Source of the DNA: Chlamydiia bacterium
GTDB taxonomy: Bacteria; Chlamydiota; Chlamydiia; Chlamydiales; 2-12-FULL-49-11
Assembly: GCA_044233345.1 (NCBI GenBank)
Contig: JBIIKD010000001.1
Coordinates: 1 to 45,483, forward strand
Length of the DNA stretch: 45,483 nucleotides
Reading direction: 5' to 3'
A program made the translations under genes and the position numbers. The notes below the pieces were generated by a model. The model made no database searches. It saw nothing but the letters and a program-made list of their open reading frames with translations, and was not told where the DNA came from. Of this stretch, positions 30,052 to 39,593 are shown piece after piece (positions within the stretch are counted from its first letter, which is position 1; every line of letters begins with the position of its first letter).

Positions 30052-30555
30052 ATGAATCATTTTGCTCAAAAAGCAGCTTCCCTTTTTGCTTTGATGATTA
30101 CGATCATTTTAGTGATTACCTTATATATGTATCATATTGATAGGCAGGAGCCTTGCCCCCTTTGTTATCTACAGCAGGCTAGTATGATTGGAATTGCTTT
30201 AATGGAGCTTTTAAATGTACGATTTATGATTTGTATTCGGCATTATATAGGAGGGGTTTTATTTTCAGCTATTGGAGCAACGATTTCTTCTTATCAACTC
30301 TATTTAAATGATTTTTCTTTTTATTCCGTAGATGGAGTTAATTTTTTAGGTCTCCATCTTTTTGTTTGGTCATTGATCATTTTTTCCTGCAGTATAATAG
30401 GAATCATCCTTCTTCTTTTTCTTCCGAATGAACGGAAAAAGAAAGAAAAAATAGGAACGTTTGCTTGGATAGTAATTAGCTCATTCTTGATCGTAATGAT
30501 AGGAGTTGCAATTTCTTCAGCTCTTACAACATCTCATTTTAGCTGGTATGATTAA
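30052..30555 (+). CDS. dsbB: DsbB/BdbC-like disulfide bond formation protein
   Basis: 167 aa, 4 predicted TM helices. CPLCYLQQ motif in the first periplasmic loop resembles the DsbB/BdbC CxxC-Y-Q-R motif. Confidence 0.5.
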   Translation: MNHFAQKAASLFALMITIILVITLYMYHIDRQEPCPLCYLQQASMIGIALMELLNVRFMICIRHYIGGVLFSAIGATISSYQLYLNDFSFYSVDGVNFLGLHLFVWSLIIFSCSIIGIILLLFLPNERKKKEKIGTFAWIVISSFLIVMIGVAISSALTTSHFSWYD

Positions 30556-31115
30556 TAGTCCCATTTTGGAAAAGTAAGGAGCTTAGACTCTTGAACCTTT
30601 CTTGGTTTTGCAAGGGGAATCCCAAGTAGAAAGGAAATCCCTACATCAGTTGTTTGCATGCCAAGGGAACTTATCTTAGTGAAAATAGGGGTTTGAATTC
30701 CAAAACGAACTTGTGTGGGAGTAATAATTCCATACTCTGGAGCAAAACGAAACTCAAACCTTGATTGGCTAGAGTAAAGAGAGCCGACCGCTCTTGCAGA
30801 GGGGCCCAAAGCAATTGAAAAATACTGATTTCTTGGAAGTTGATGTGTGTAACTAGCGCCCCCATATAAAGTAAGTGTTGGGAGAGTAGTCATTCCACCA
30901 CCTAAAATTGGCTGGAAGATCCCGTTGTTTGTTTGATAACTGAAATTCATTGGTCGGTATTCCATTTGGAAGGAGGCTAAATCCCTCCCCCCAAACAGAT
31001 TCATTTCTTGGTCCCCTCCCATAAAATAAAGATAGGAGGAATTAGGAAGATCTGTGCTCGCCCATAGCGAACTAATCATAAAAAATGATGCAAATGCATT
31101 CCTAAATAGACTCAT
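30552..31115 (-). CDS. putative secreted / outer-membrane beta-barrel protein
   Basis: N-terminal signal-like segment, Gly/Tyr/Ser-rich amphipathic stretches, C-terminal aromatic residue (…KWDY). Confidence 0.3.
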   Translation of the reverse strand: MSLFRNAFASFFMISSLWASTDLPNSSYLYFMGGDQEMNLFGGRDLASFQMEYRPMNFSYQTNNGIFQPILGGGMTTLPTLTLYGGASYTHQLPRNQYFSIALGPSARAVGSLYSSQSRFEFRFAPEYGIITPTQVRFGIQTPIFTKISSLGMQTTDVGISFLLGIPLAKPRKVQESKLLTFPKWDY

Positions 31116-31125
31116 TTTAAACCTC

Positions 31126-31317
31126 TTAATCTTGGAAATCTCGATCCATTACAGTTTTGCGCTTGTCTGATTTTGCATTTTCGATTGCTTTATCGCAAGC
31201 TTTACGAATAATTTCTGACAAAGCTGAAGATGCAGAGGCTGCTGTATTCATTCCGCCTGTATCTTTGATGTATTTTTTCATTTTGCTGATTACAACTAAT
31301 GTCTCTTGTTCGCTCAT
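31126..31317 (-). CDS. histone-fold protein (archaeal-histone / Bd0055-like bacterial histone family)
   Basis: 63 aa. Helix-loop-helix-loop-helix pattern VISKMKKYIKDTG / GMNTAASA / SALSEIIRKACDKAIENAKSD / KRKTVMDRDF. Carries the (K/R)RKTV..D motif of H4 and archaeal HMf histones (GRKTIK.ED). Confidence 0.55.
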   Translation of the reverse strand: MSEQETLVVISKMKKYIKDTGGMNTAASASSALSEIIRKACDKAIENAKSDKRKTVMDRDFQD

Positions 31318-31398
31318 ATATTCCTACCTTTTTGTTAAAAAGGAGAAATTTTAACTGAAAACAGAATAGTTTTGCACTGAAAAAATAGATAAGTTCAC

Positions 31399-32691
31399 TT
31401 AGTAGATGTAGGGTAGAATCTTGTAGGGTACTTTTGAGCAATGTTCAGCCCAAGCATCGCCATATTTTTCTCTACACCGTTTATCATCTCGATTGGCACG
31501 ATCAAAGAGAAGAGCGGTTAGAAAAACTACATAAAAATAAGGAAAAAAATGACTGAAAAGAGCTGGAAGGGACCAGGAAAAAGCGGCTAGAATTTCAGGA
31601 ATATAGTGAAAGTGTCTTGCAAGACCCCAAAAACCAGAGGCGAGAAGAAGATTTTCTTTTTCTTGGCCACTATTTGTAATGTAAGTAGCAACAGTAAAAT
31701 CTGGGGAATTTTTCCAAATTTTTACATTTTCTCCATGTTCACGAAAAAGCATTCTTTGTCTATCGGCAAGATAGTTAGTTGCAATAAAAAGGGAACCTAG
31801 AAGAAATAGACCTAAAAGAAGAGTCGTTGACAGTTGTATTGGATGATGAACTAAATAAAAAGAGGTAGATGTGTACACTGAAGGGACCCACACAAGAGTT
31901 CCCCAGCAGATATAAAATCCTGCTTTATCATGCATGATGTCAATGGATCGAAGGTAGCCAGCTTCCCAATAAAAAAACTTTATCACGTAGATGATTTGTA
32001 AAGTAGTAGATAAAATTAGGCTATTTGAAAGACCATATAGTTCTGATTGAGCAGAGCAGTAGGATATAAGAAGAATAGGCCAACTCATCATTCCAAATCT
32101 ACAACTAGTGAATTGTTTTACGTCCCATCCACAAATTTTAGGGTAAAGTTCGGTGCCCCAGAAAAAATCGAAAGCAATATTTCCTGTAAACAGAGTGTCT
32201 GGACCAGAAGGAAAGAATTTTCCTTTTGCATAGAGAAGAATACAAAATAAGAAACTCCCTAAACAAAGAGCGCCAATAATTTCTCCAAAATGGAAATAAA
32301 TCAAGGTAGGAGAGAATAAATGTAGGCCAAATGAAAGAGTGACGTAGGTAAATATTGTAATCAATAAGGAAAGAAGACCGTTATCTTTATATTTGGGGAT
32401 ATAATGATTGGGAGTTTCTGGTCCTTTGATGATTTTTCCAGGAACCATTTTCAAAAGAGCAAGTTCAAAAAGAGCAAATACAATAATCGACGTCCAAGCT
32501 ACTTTAGATCCCAAAAAAACAGGAGCCCAAATCTGATACGTAGTAGAGAAAAAACCATGTTTTTGAAACAACATTAAAAGAAGTTTAAACGAGCCATCTA
32601 AAAAAGCCCCTGTATACCAAAGCAGTACAGCAAAGACCGGGCATGCAATGGTTAAAAAAATGGTCCCTAATGTATGACGAAAAAATCTCAT
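31399..32691 (-). CDS. sterol reductase family protein (ERG4/ERG24/7-dehydrocholesterol reductase-like)
   Basis: 430 aa, ~9 TM helices. C-terminal signature LLASGFWGLARHFHYIPEILAAFSWSLP ... GDAWAEHCSKVPYKILPYIY matches the eukaryotic sterol reductase family signature (LLxSGWWGxxRHxxY). Confidence 0.85.
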   Translation of the reverse strand: MRFFRHTLGTIFLTIACPVFAVLLWYTGAFLDGSFKLLLMLFQKHGFFSTTYQIWAPVFLGSKVAWTSIIVFALFELALLKMVPGKIIKGPETPNHYIPKYKDNGLLSLLITIFTYVTLSFGLHLFSPTLIYFHFGEIIGALCLGSFLFCILLYAKGKFFPSGPDTLFTGNIAFDFFWGTELYPKICGWDVKQFTSCRFGMMSWPILLISYCSAQSELYGLSNSLILSTTLQIIYVIKFFYWEAGYLRSIDIMHDKAGFYICWGTLVWVPSVYTSTSFYLVHHPIQLSTTLLLGLFLLGSLFIATNYLADRQRMLFREHGENVKIWKNSPDFTVATYITNSGQEKENLLLASGFWGLARHFHYIPEILAAFSWSLPALFSHFFPYFYVVFLTALLFDRANRDDKRCREKYGDAWAEHCSKVPYKILPYIY

Positions 32692-33608
32692 TCAATACCT
32701 ATATGTACCTTTAGATGGTTTTTTATTTGTTTTGCATCACGCGGATTTTTAGCAGTAACTGGCTCGATACAAACAAAAGAGGCTCCTTTAGGATGATATA
32801 ATTGAAAAGCATTTTCATCTGACGTGGTTTCATAGTTGATAATTAAAGAATATAATGCAGTTTCAAAAATCGCGTGACCTGTATAATTTGGTCGATTTGA
32901 TAAAAATCCAAAATCACTTTCTTCTTCTAAATTAAATGTGATTCCATGTCCATCTTTCCCCTCCCATTTTTTAGGAATAGGGCGCCATGTCCCCATATCA
33001 TTATAGGTGTTTTGAGAGTCTATTGATACTTTTGCGTCTCCTTGAGGAATCGCGTAGTAATAGTGTAGCCCTGCAATCGAGGGAGAACCGATGCTTTCTA
33101 CATCCATTTTAATATGTAGTCCATCTCTTAATAGAGAAGCCTTAAAAAGCATTTTAAAATCAAACCCTTCAAGAGCTTTTAGTGTAATTCCGTGAAAGGT
33201 ATCTTTCCCCGATAAATTTCCTTCAATTGCGGTTTCATTTGCATGCCAATTCCAAGGCACATACCGTGCGATTCCATGAGAAAAAGGTTCCTTGCATCCT
33301 TTCGCGCGCACTCGTTTAATGTGAGGGAAAATTGTTTCATCAGGAACGTGCGGAATAGAATTTTCTTTTCTATGATAAAAATGGGGCCCAATAATAGGTC
33401 CATATCCACCCATTTTTTCTTCGAATAGCCCTTTTGTTGATGGATCGATTAATTCTATATCGTCGATGGTCAGACTTTTCAAATTCATCCCATTTTCAGG
33501 AAGAAAAATAGCCTTCATCATTCGTCCATCAGTTTGAATTTGTTGCAAAATCACTTCTTTCATAAGATTTCTTTTCGTATCAAAAAAAAACTTACTACGC
33601 AAGAACAT
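32688..33608 (-). CDS. aldose 1-epimerase (galactose mutarotase-like) family protein
   Basis: HGIARYVPW (HGFAR..W substrate-His motif) and C-terminal FVCIEPVT (catalytic Glu motif). Its stop overlaps the sterol reductase start by 4 nt. N-terminal start is uncertain. Confidence 0.55.
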   Translation of the reverse strand: MFLRSKFFFDTKRNLMKEVILQQIQTDGRMMKAIFLPENGMNLKSLTIDDIELIDPSTKGLFEEKMGGYGPIIGPHFYHRKENSIPHVPDETIFPHIKRVRAKGCKEPFSHGIARYVPWNWHANETAIEGNLSGKDTFHGITLKALEGFDFKMLFKASLLRDGLHIKMDVESIGSPSIAGLHYYYAIPQGDAKVSIDSQNTYNDMGTWRPIPKKWEGKDGHGITFNLEEESDFGFLSNRPNYTGHAIFETALYSLIINYETTSDENAFQLYHPKGASFVCIEPVTAKNPRDAKQIKNHLKVHIGIE

Positions 33609-33644
33609 ATACGTAATTTAGAGAAGTTTGATAGAGTAGTTGCT

Positions 33645-34940
33645 ATGAATTTACATAAAGATGATATTTTTGAAGTTTCCGTGCATGACTTGGGTGTTCA
33701 TGGAGAGGGGATCGGCCATTTAGACGGGGTAGTTATTTTTGTGCAGGGGCTTTTGCCTGGAGAGGTCGGGCGTGTCCAGATCACAGAAGTGAAGAAAAAC
33801 TATTTGAAAGGCGCGCTTTTAGAAATTGTTAAATCATCTCCAAAGCGAGTAAAGCCCATTTGTCCTGTATTTGGTAAATGTGGTGGATGTCAAATCATGC
33901 ATCTTGATTATGAAGAGCAACTTGTTTGGAAAAGAAGACGAATTGTTGAAGCAATCCGCCGAATTGGGAAAGTAGAAAATCCAGAGGTTGCGTTAACTGC
34001 ACCATCTCCTAAAAAACTCCATTATCGAAACAAGATGCAGCTTCCTGTAAAGGGAGTTGAAATTGGTCTTTATGAGCATGGAACCCATAATATTGTTCCG
34101 ATTGAAGAGTGCTTTATTCAAGATGAAAAAGGGGAGCTGGTTTTTCAAGAAATTAAGAAGATCATTGAAAAAGAAAAACCAAAGCTCCGTCATATCTTGA
34201 TTCGTACAGCAAACGGAACAAATGATGTTTTAGTTATGTTAATTACTGAGGAAAAAATCACCCCACACATTAAACAAATCGCCTCCGAGATTAATGGGGT
34301 CGTAGGTGTTATCCATGGAGAAAATAGGGGCAGAGCAAATATTGTTCTTCCTGAAAAAGTGCAAAAAATTATTGGTAAAGAACGAATGAAAGAGCACATT
34401 CTGGGTCTTTCATTTCAGGTCTCATTACAAAGTTTTCTACAAGTAAATATTCCCCAAGCAGAAGCTATTTATCAAAAAGCCTACGAATTATCAGAGCTAA
34501 AAAGTGGTGATGCGGCAACAGACCTTTATGCAGGTATTGGAATCTTTGCTTGTTTTCTTGCCTCGAAAGGAATTAAGATGCATGCCATCGAATGCATTCC
34601 TGATGCTGTTGAAGACATTAAAAGAAACGCCAAGCAAAATGAAGTCAAAGTGGATGCATTATGTGGCATGGTTGAGGATCTTTTACACCATGTAAAGAAA
34701 AGCGATGTCTTCTTTCTTAACCCTCCAAGAAAGGGGTGTGAAGAAAGTGTTCTTAAGGTAGTTGCAGAGATGAATCCTAAGAAAATTATTTATACCTCTT
34801 GCAATCCTGAAACCCTTGCAAGAGATGTGGCTTACTTACGAGAAAAAGGATATCGCAGTGTGAGTTTTTATCCTTTTGACCTTTTTCCTCAAACTACACA
34901 TGTTGAAACATTAGCTCTTCTTTTAAAAACTGAAGTATAG
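33645..34940 (+). CDS. rlmD: 23S rRNA (uracil-5-)-methyltransferase RlmD/RumA
   Basis: TRAM domain, Fe-S cysteines CPVFGKCGGCQ, SAM-MTase motifs DLYAGIGIF and FLNPPRKG, and the nucleophile motif TSCNPETLARD. Internal ATG chosen to avoid overlap with the divergent gene. Confidence 0.85.
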   Translation: MNLHKDDIFEVSVHDLGVHGEGIGHLDGVVIFVQGLLPGEVGRVQITEVKKNYLKGALLEIVKSSPKRVKPICPVFGKCGGCQIMHLDYEEQLVWKRRRIVEAIRRIGKVENPEVALTAPSPKKLHYRNKMQLPVKGVEIGLYEHGTHNIVPIEECFIQDEKGELVFQEIKKIIEKEKPKLRHILIRTANGTNDVLVMLITEEKITPHIKQIASEINGVVGVIHGENRGRANIVLPEKVQKIIGKERMKEHILGLSFQVSLQSFLQVNIPQAEAIYQKAYELSELKSGDAATDLYAGIGIFACFLASKGIKMHAIECIPDAVEDIKRNAKQNEVKVDALCGMVEDLLHHVKKSDVFFLNPPRKGCEESVLKVVAEMNPKKIIYTSCNPETLARDVAYLREKGYRSVSFYPFDLFPQTTHVETLALLLKTEV

Positions 34941-34990
34941 AAAAAACGATTCTTCAAGTTTCTTGTGTAATATTTAAAAATTAAATTAAA

Positions 34991-35012
34991 CTCCCCCGTT
35001 TATGTGGGGGAG
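34991..35012 (+). terminator. hairpin CTCCCCC-GTTTATGT-GGGGGAG after rlmD
   Basis: 7-bp GC stem 50 nt after the rlmD stop. An A6T7 tract follows ~10 nt later. Overlaps the first ATG of the next ORF. Confidence 0.35.
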
Positions 35013-35014
35013 TT

Positions 35015-35833
35015 ATGCTCAAAAAATTTTTTTCGATATGTGCAATGGCGATTATTCTTCAAGGAAAGGAAGGTGTAATGGAGGAGTATTTGAAGTTTAT
35101 GAAAGAGAATCCGCAAGTATTTGGTGAAATAGGGGAGTATAAGCTTGGAAAAATAGAGATCGTGACAGATCTTAAGAAGATTGGGCAAATTGAAGAACTT
35201 CAAAAAATGCGATTTATTAAAAAAGGAATGAGTGCTCTTGAGGCAGAAACAGCAAGTCGCGTAGGGGTTATTTATAAGGATACTTATTGGATATGGGTAC
35301 GCGATGCTGTGATATTTCCAACAGGAGCTGGAGGAACTTATGATCGCTTGATACAACAATCTGCATTTCCAGATGGTATTCCAGGTATTGCTGTAATGCC
35401 TGTATTTCCAGATGGAAAAATTGGACTTGTTGTGAATTACCGTCATGCAACGCGTTGTTGGCAGTTGGAAATTCCAAGGGGGCATAAACTTGAAGGAGAG
35501 CCTATAGAAGTTGTTGTAGCCCGAGAATTAAAAGAAGAAACAGGTTTTGTAGTAAAAAGTATTCAGTATTTAGGGGATATCACTCCAGATTCAGGATGTC
35601 TTGCATCTATCATTCCTGTTTATATAGGATATGTTGGAAGCCAAGGAATCGCAAGTCCTGATTATTCTGAAGCTATTTTACGGATTGAACTGTTTACTTT
35701 AGGACAAATTAAAGAAGCATTTTTGAATGGATCGGTAGAAATAGAAATAAAAGGCAAAAAAGAGAAAGTAAAAGTGTGTGATCCTTTTCTTTCTTACGCA
35801 ATTTTTCAAGCAGAATGCAAAAAAATATTATAA
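35015..35833 (+). CDS. Nudix hydrolase (ADP-ribose pyrophosphatase-like)
   Basis: Nudix box RGHKLEGEPIEVVVARELKEETGF (Gx5Ex7REUxEExGU). Start is ambiguous (ATG at 35015, 35045 or 35078). Confidence 0.7.
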   Translation: MLKKFFSICAMAIILQGKEGVMEEYLKFMKENPQVFGEIGEYKLGKIEIVTDLKKIGQIEELQKMRFIKKGMSALEAETASRVGVIYKDTYWIWVRDAVIFPTGAGGTYDRLIQQSAFPDGIPGIAVMPVFPDGKIGLVVNYRHATRCWQLEIPRGHKLEGEPIEVVVARELKEETGFVVKSIQYLGDITPDSGCLASIIPVYIGYVGSQGIASPDYSEAILRIELFTLGQIKEAFLNGSVEIEIKGKKEKVKVCDPFLSYAIFQAECKKIL

Positions 35834-35919
35834 AATTCAGTGCATCGCCTATATTTTTAATATGGGAAGGAGATAGATTTCCTATTTTCCTATAGTAAGG
35901 GGGGTGGTATACTTAAGAT

Positions 35920-37161
35920 ATGGCGCCTCATCATTCCCAAATAAAGAGAACAAAATGGGCTCTTTTCTCGTCCAGCATCTTTTTGGAGCCATTTGCTTTT
36001 CTTTTTCCTCTTCTTCCTTTCATCATGATTAAGGATTTGGGGGCGACTTCCTTTCAAATTGTTCTTTTGACAATGGTTAAACCAGTAGCGTCAATTTTTT
36101 CTTTTTATTGGAGTGAAAGAATCTCTCGAAAAAAGGAAAGTTTAAAAATGAATTTATTGGGAGCCGGACTTTTTGGAAGAATCCCATTTATTGCAGCTCT
36201 TTTTTTTGATAATACATGGCTTTTAATCATAGCATCAGCACTTTACATGCTTTTTCTTCGAGCAAGCATCCCAGCATGGATGGAAATGATCAAAGTAAAC
36301 CTTCCAGGAAAAGGAGTTCGAGAGCAGCTTTTTTCCGTTAGTGCGGCTTTGGGTTATGGAGAGGGTATTCTTGTAGCTATCGGAGTGGGGTCACTTTTAG
36401 ATAATCATGTGGGACTATGGAAAATTTTTTATTTGGGCGCGCTTGTTCTTGGAATTATCGGAATTATTGTCCAGGTAGCTTTGCCTGTACGAGAGATGAA
36501 AGTAAAAGAAAATATTGAGGGGGTTGCGAAAAAACCGTTATTTAGAGAACGGTTCATTCGACCATGGATTGATTGTATTGAGCTGATGAAAGAGCGAAGT
36601 GATTTTAGAAGGTTCCAGTGGGCCTTTATGGTTGGGGGTCTTGGTTTAATGATTATCCAGCCGATAATCCCCATTTTTTTTGCTGAGACTTTAAAACTTT
36701 CTTATAGAGATTTATTGATAGCCTATTCTATTTGTAAGGGGCTTGGGTTTGTTTTAACTTCTCGTTTATGGGGAAAGGCCCTAAGCAAAATTCCCGTTAG
36801 TTGGTTTACTTCTTTTGTTTTGGTCGGTTTTGGAATTTTTCCCCTATTGATTATTCTTGCAGAGTATTCCTCTATTTGGCTTTATCTTGCTTATTTTGTG
36901 TATGGTATAGCTCAGGCGGGAAGTCACCTTATTTGGCACCTTTCAGGACCTATTTTTGCAGGGGAACAACATAGTTCCCGTTATAGTGGAATAAATATTG
37001 TTTTGGTTGGAATTAGAGGTACTTTAGGGCCCCCTCTTGGAGGGTTACTTGCAATTTGTTTCGGTCCTACTAAGGTACTTTTTATCAGCGCTCTTTTATG
37101 TATTGGAGGAACAAGCGCAATGCTTTTTAAAGCACCCTCTAAGCTAAAAGAGATTTATTAA
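35920..37161 (+). CDS. MFS-type transporter
   Basis: 413 aa, ~12 TM helices, MFS-like spacing of charged loops. Confidence 0.65.
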   Translation: MAPHHSQIKRTKWALFSSSIFLEPFAFLFPLLPFIMIKDLGATSFQIVLLTMVKPVASIFSFYWSERISRKKESLKMNLLGAGLFGRIPFIAALFFDNTWLLIIASALYMLFLRASIPAWMEMIKVNLPGKGVREQLFSVSAALGYGEGILVAIGVGSLLDNHVGLWKIFYLGALVLGIIGIIVQVALPVREMKVKENIEGVAKKPLFRERFIRPWIDCIELMKERSDFRRFQWAFMVGGLGLMIIQPIIPIFFAETLKLSYRDLLIAYSICKGLGFVLTSRLWGKALSKIPVSWFTSFVLVGFGIFPLLIILAEYSSIWLYLAYFVYGIAQAGSHLIWHLSGPIFAGEQHSSRYSGINIVLVGIRGTLGPPLGGLLAICFGPTKVLFISALLCIGGTSAMLFKAPSKLKEIY

Positions 37162-37352
37162 TCTTTATTTTTGTATTTTTATAAACACATAAAATCTAAT
37201 ATTTATTTTTTTAAACAACAGATTAAAACAAGAGTTTAATTATTTTTTGTGATTATAGTGATAATTACATCGATTGACATTGTTTTTTTTAATGGATTTT
37301 TTTATTCAAATATTAATATTTGAATCACAAGTGGGTTAAAAGGCCGATTTTT

Positions 37353-38273
37353 ATGAAAAAACTTAACATTGGCGCTGTAGTCAGTTACTGCACAAATGAT
37401 TACAGGTTTATCCATCATTGTTTAGAAGGTTTAAAAAAATATTGCAGAGAAATTGTTGTGGTTGTGTCTGATCAATTTAGTAACGGCGAAAAAGAATCTC
37501 GAGAATTGCTTCATCGCACGTATTCTGAGCATTTAAATATACAATTTATTGAATTTTCTCATAAAGATGTGGGTTTTTTTGGGATTCGATCACAAGATTT
37601 TTTGAAAGGACAAGATAAAGCTCGGTTGCATATTTCTACCTCCCGATATATAGGAGCTTTTTATTTCTCTGATGAAGTTGATTATATTATATTTATTGAT
37701 GCAGACGAGATTCCGGATGGGGAAAAATTTGAGTCTTTTTTTTCAAAAAGTGCAAATCTTCCTGATCTTTTGCATTTTTCTAGCTATATATACGTCGGAG
37801 ATGAGGGAAAGAGGTCTTTAGAGCATCAATACTCCCATTTGGCTGTGAAAAAAGAAGCATTGCAGCCAGAACTTCTTTTAAATAATCACGAACGTCCTGG
37901 GTATTTTTTTGGGTTTCAGGGGTCTAAGATAAATTCAGTAAGGGGTTTAGATGGAAATCCGATGGTTCATCATTATAGTTGGGTAAGGTCTTCTTCAGAA
38001 TTGATCAAAAAAGTAACTACTTGGGGGCACTCTGAAGATCACAATTGGATTTCTATTATAGAAGAAGGAAAGTTAGAACAAGCTCTTGGATGTAAATTGC
38101 AAAGTGTAAAAGAAAAACATAATTTGCTTGGATTAAATGTAGAATATCTTCGATCTTTAGATCAATTTCAACATATTCCCACCAGATGTTTTCATAATGT
38201 AAAAAAGGTTTCTCCTTCTGACGTTAGAAAAATAGAATTAGAGCAAATCATTTGTAAAAGAGGAGCTGCATAA
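37353..38273 (+). CDS. putative GT-A fold glycosyltransferase
   Basis: N-terminal beta-strand IGAVVSYCTND and DAD(E) motif (IIFIDADEIPDGE) consistent with a DxD glycosyltransferase. Weak call. Confidence 0.35.
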   Translation: MKKLNIGAVVSYCTNDYRFIHHCLEGLKKYCREIVVVVSDQFSNGEKESRELLHRTYSEHLNIQFIEFSHKDVGFFGIRSQDFLKGQDKARLHISTSRYIGAFYFSDEVDYIIFIDADEIPDGEKFESFFSKSANLPDLLHFSSYIYVGDEGKRSLEHQYSHLAVKKEALQPELLLNNHERPGYFFGFQGSKINSVRGLDGNPMVHHYSWVRSSSELIKKVTTWGHSEDHNWISIIEEGKLEQALGCKLQSVKEKHNLLGLNVEYLRSLDQFQHIPTRCFHNVKKVSPSDVRKIELEQIICKRGAA

Positions 38274-38278
38274 GATTT

Positions 38279-39160
38279 ATGGGTTTTGGCTCTATATTTT
38301 TCTTTTTCTTTCTAATCTATGCATCTATTCAATCATTTCCTAAAAGGGGACAGGCAGTTTTTATGGGAATTGCCAATTCTATTGGAATGCTCGCGTGGAT
38401 AGTAGCTAATCTATCTATTCAGTATCTAAAAGAGTTATTTGGGATCGAGGTTGTAAGTTGCATGGCATTAGTCATAATGATCTATATGGGAATGACTATC
38501 CATTCTTTATTTAAAAAACAGACAAAAAATAAGGTCCAGCTTTCTAACGCATTTATTTTAGTATTGAAGGACAAAATTTCTTGGTGTTTTGCTTTTGTTT
38601 CTCTTGGATTTTATTCTGCAACGTTTATTTTTGGAACAACTTGGGGCAATTCTTTTTTAATGGAAGTATACGGATTATCGGCCGAAATAATTGGTTCTAT
38701 TTCCCAATTAGTTTTTTGGGGGCTTGGAATAGGAGCGCCTTTAATTGGATATCTTTCAGATAGATTTTTGCAAAGAAAGGTGTTTATTTTAGCGTTAAAT
38801 TTTACTGCTTTAATTTCGATAGGGGCTATACTTTATTTTTCTCCAATGCCTATATATCTCTTAGGAGCTCTTTCTTTTATTACTGGAGTGTGTTCTTCTG
38901 GATATTTATTGTTGTATACCCTTTTTATTGACTATAACCACCCAAAAGTTCAAGCAGCTACAGCTATATTTATAAGTTCGATAGTCTTTGTAGGAAGTAT
39001 AATCATAGAATCACAATTTGAATTTCCCTTTCTTTTTGTATTGCTTGCGATCACTGGTATTTTTGCTTTGCGCCTAAAAGATTCTCCTCCAGAAATGGAG
39101 GAGTCAAAAGAAAAATTAGAGAAACTTCTTGCTGCAGGGGAAAGAATCTCGAACTCCTGA
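38279..39160 (+). CDS. polytopic membrane protein (transporter-like)
   Basis: 293 aa, ~8 TM helices. Begins 5 nt after the preceding gene. Confidence 0.45.
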   Translation: MGFGSIFFFFFLIYASIQSFPKRGQAVFMGIANSIGMLAWIVANLSIQYLKELFGIEVVSCMALVIMIYMGMTIHSLFKKQTKNKVQLSNAFILVLKDKISWCFAFVSLGFYSATFIFGTTWGNSFLMEVYGLSAEIIGSISQLVFWGLGIGAPLIGYLSDRFLQRKVFILALNFTALISIGAILYFSPMPIYLLGALSFITGVCSSGYLLLYTLFIDYNHPKVQAATAIFISSIVFVGSIIIESQFEFPFLFVLLAITGIFALRLKDSPPEMEESKEKLEKLLAAGERISNS

Positions 39161-39541
39161 TCTATAAAGCCAAAGACCGTTTTTTCTAAGAAATCGACTT
39201 TTTTCTATAAAGCTAGCATCTTTTCCATGAAAATCGATAAGAAGAGCATGAAATGTAACAAATCCTTCATTACCTGATTCTTCACTGCAAATAATAGTGA
39301 GTCCTTGAAACGCTGTTATTTGAGAAAATTGCTGAATGGATGAAGTCCAAGCAAGTGTATTTGGATTGTACATCGGGTTGTCAGGGTGTGTTGTGCAAAT
39401 GATATAATCTGGTTTATTTAGAGCGTAGGCAGAGTAACGAGAGCGCATAAGGGGCTCTGGAGTTTGAGGAGATTTTATCCCTAAAAGATATGGCTCACAA
39501 CAATCGTTAAATTGTTTATTACTATGACAGAGGCATTTCAT
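39116..39541 (-). CDS. YchJ-like (UPF0225) SEC-C motif protein
   Basis: N-terminal CLCHSNKQFNDCC SEC-C-type motif followed by an NTF2-like middle region. Start at MKCLCHS preferred, to avoid overlap with mscS. Confidence 0.45.
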   Translation of the reverse strand: MKCLCHSNKQFNDCCEPYLLGIKSPQTPEPLMRSRYSAYALNKPDYIICTTHPDNPMYNPNTLAWTSSIQQFSQITAFQGLTIICSEESGNEGFVTFHALLIDFHGKDASFIEKSRFLRKNGLWLYRSGVRDSFPCSKKFL

Positions 39542-39593
39542 CCCTAAAAAATTAGCAGTATGTGTTATATTGTGTCGATGTGTTTTTGCAATC

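Noticed and set aside
33534-33644. Upstream extension of the rlmD ORF (MNLLQNHFFHKISFRIKKK...)
   Set aside because: The extension would overlap the divergent epimerase-like gene by 75 nt and adds a Lys-rich non-conserved tail. The internal ATG at 33645 fits RumA N termini better.
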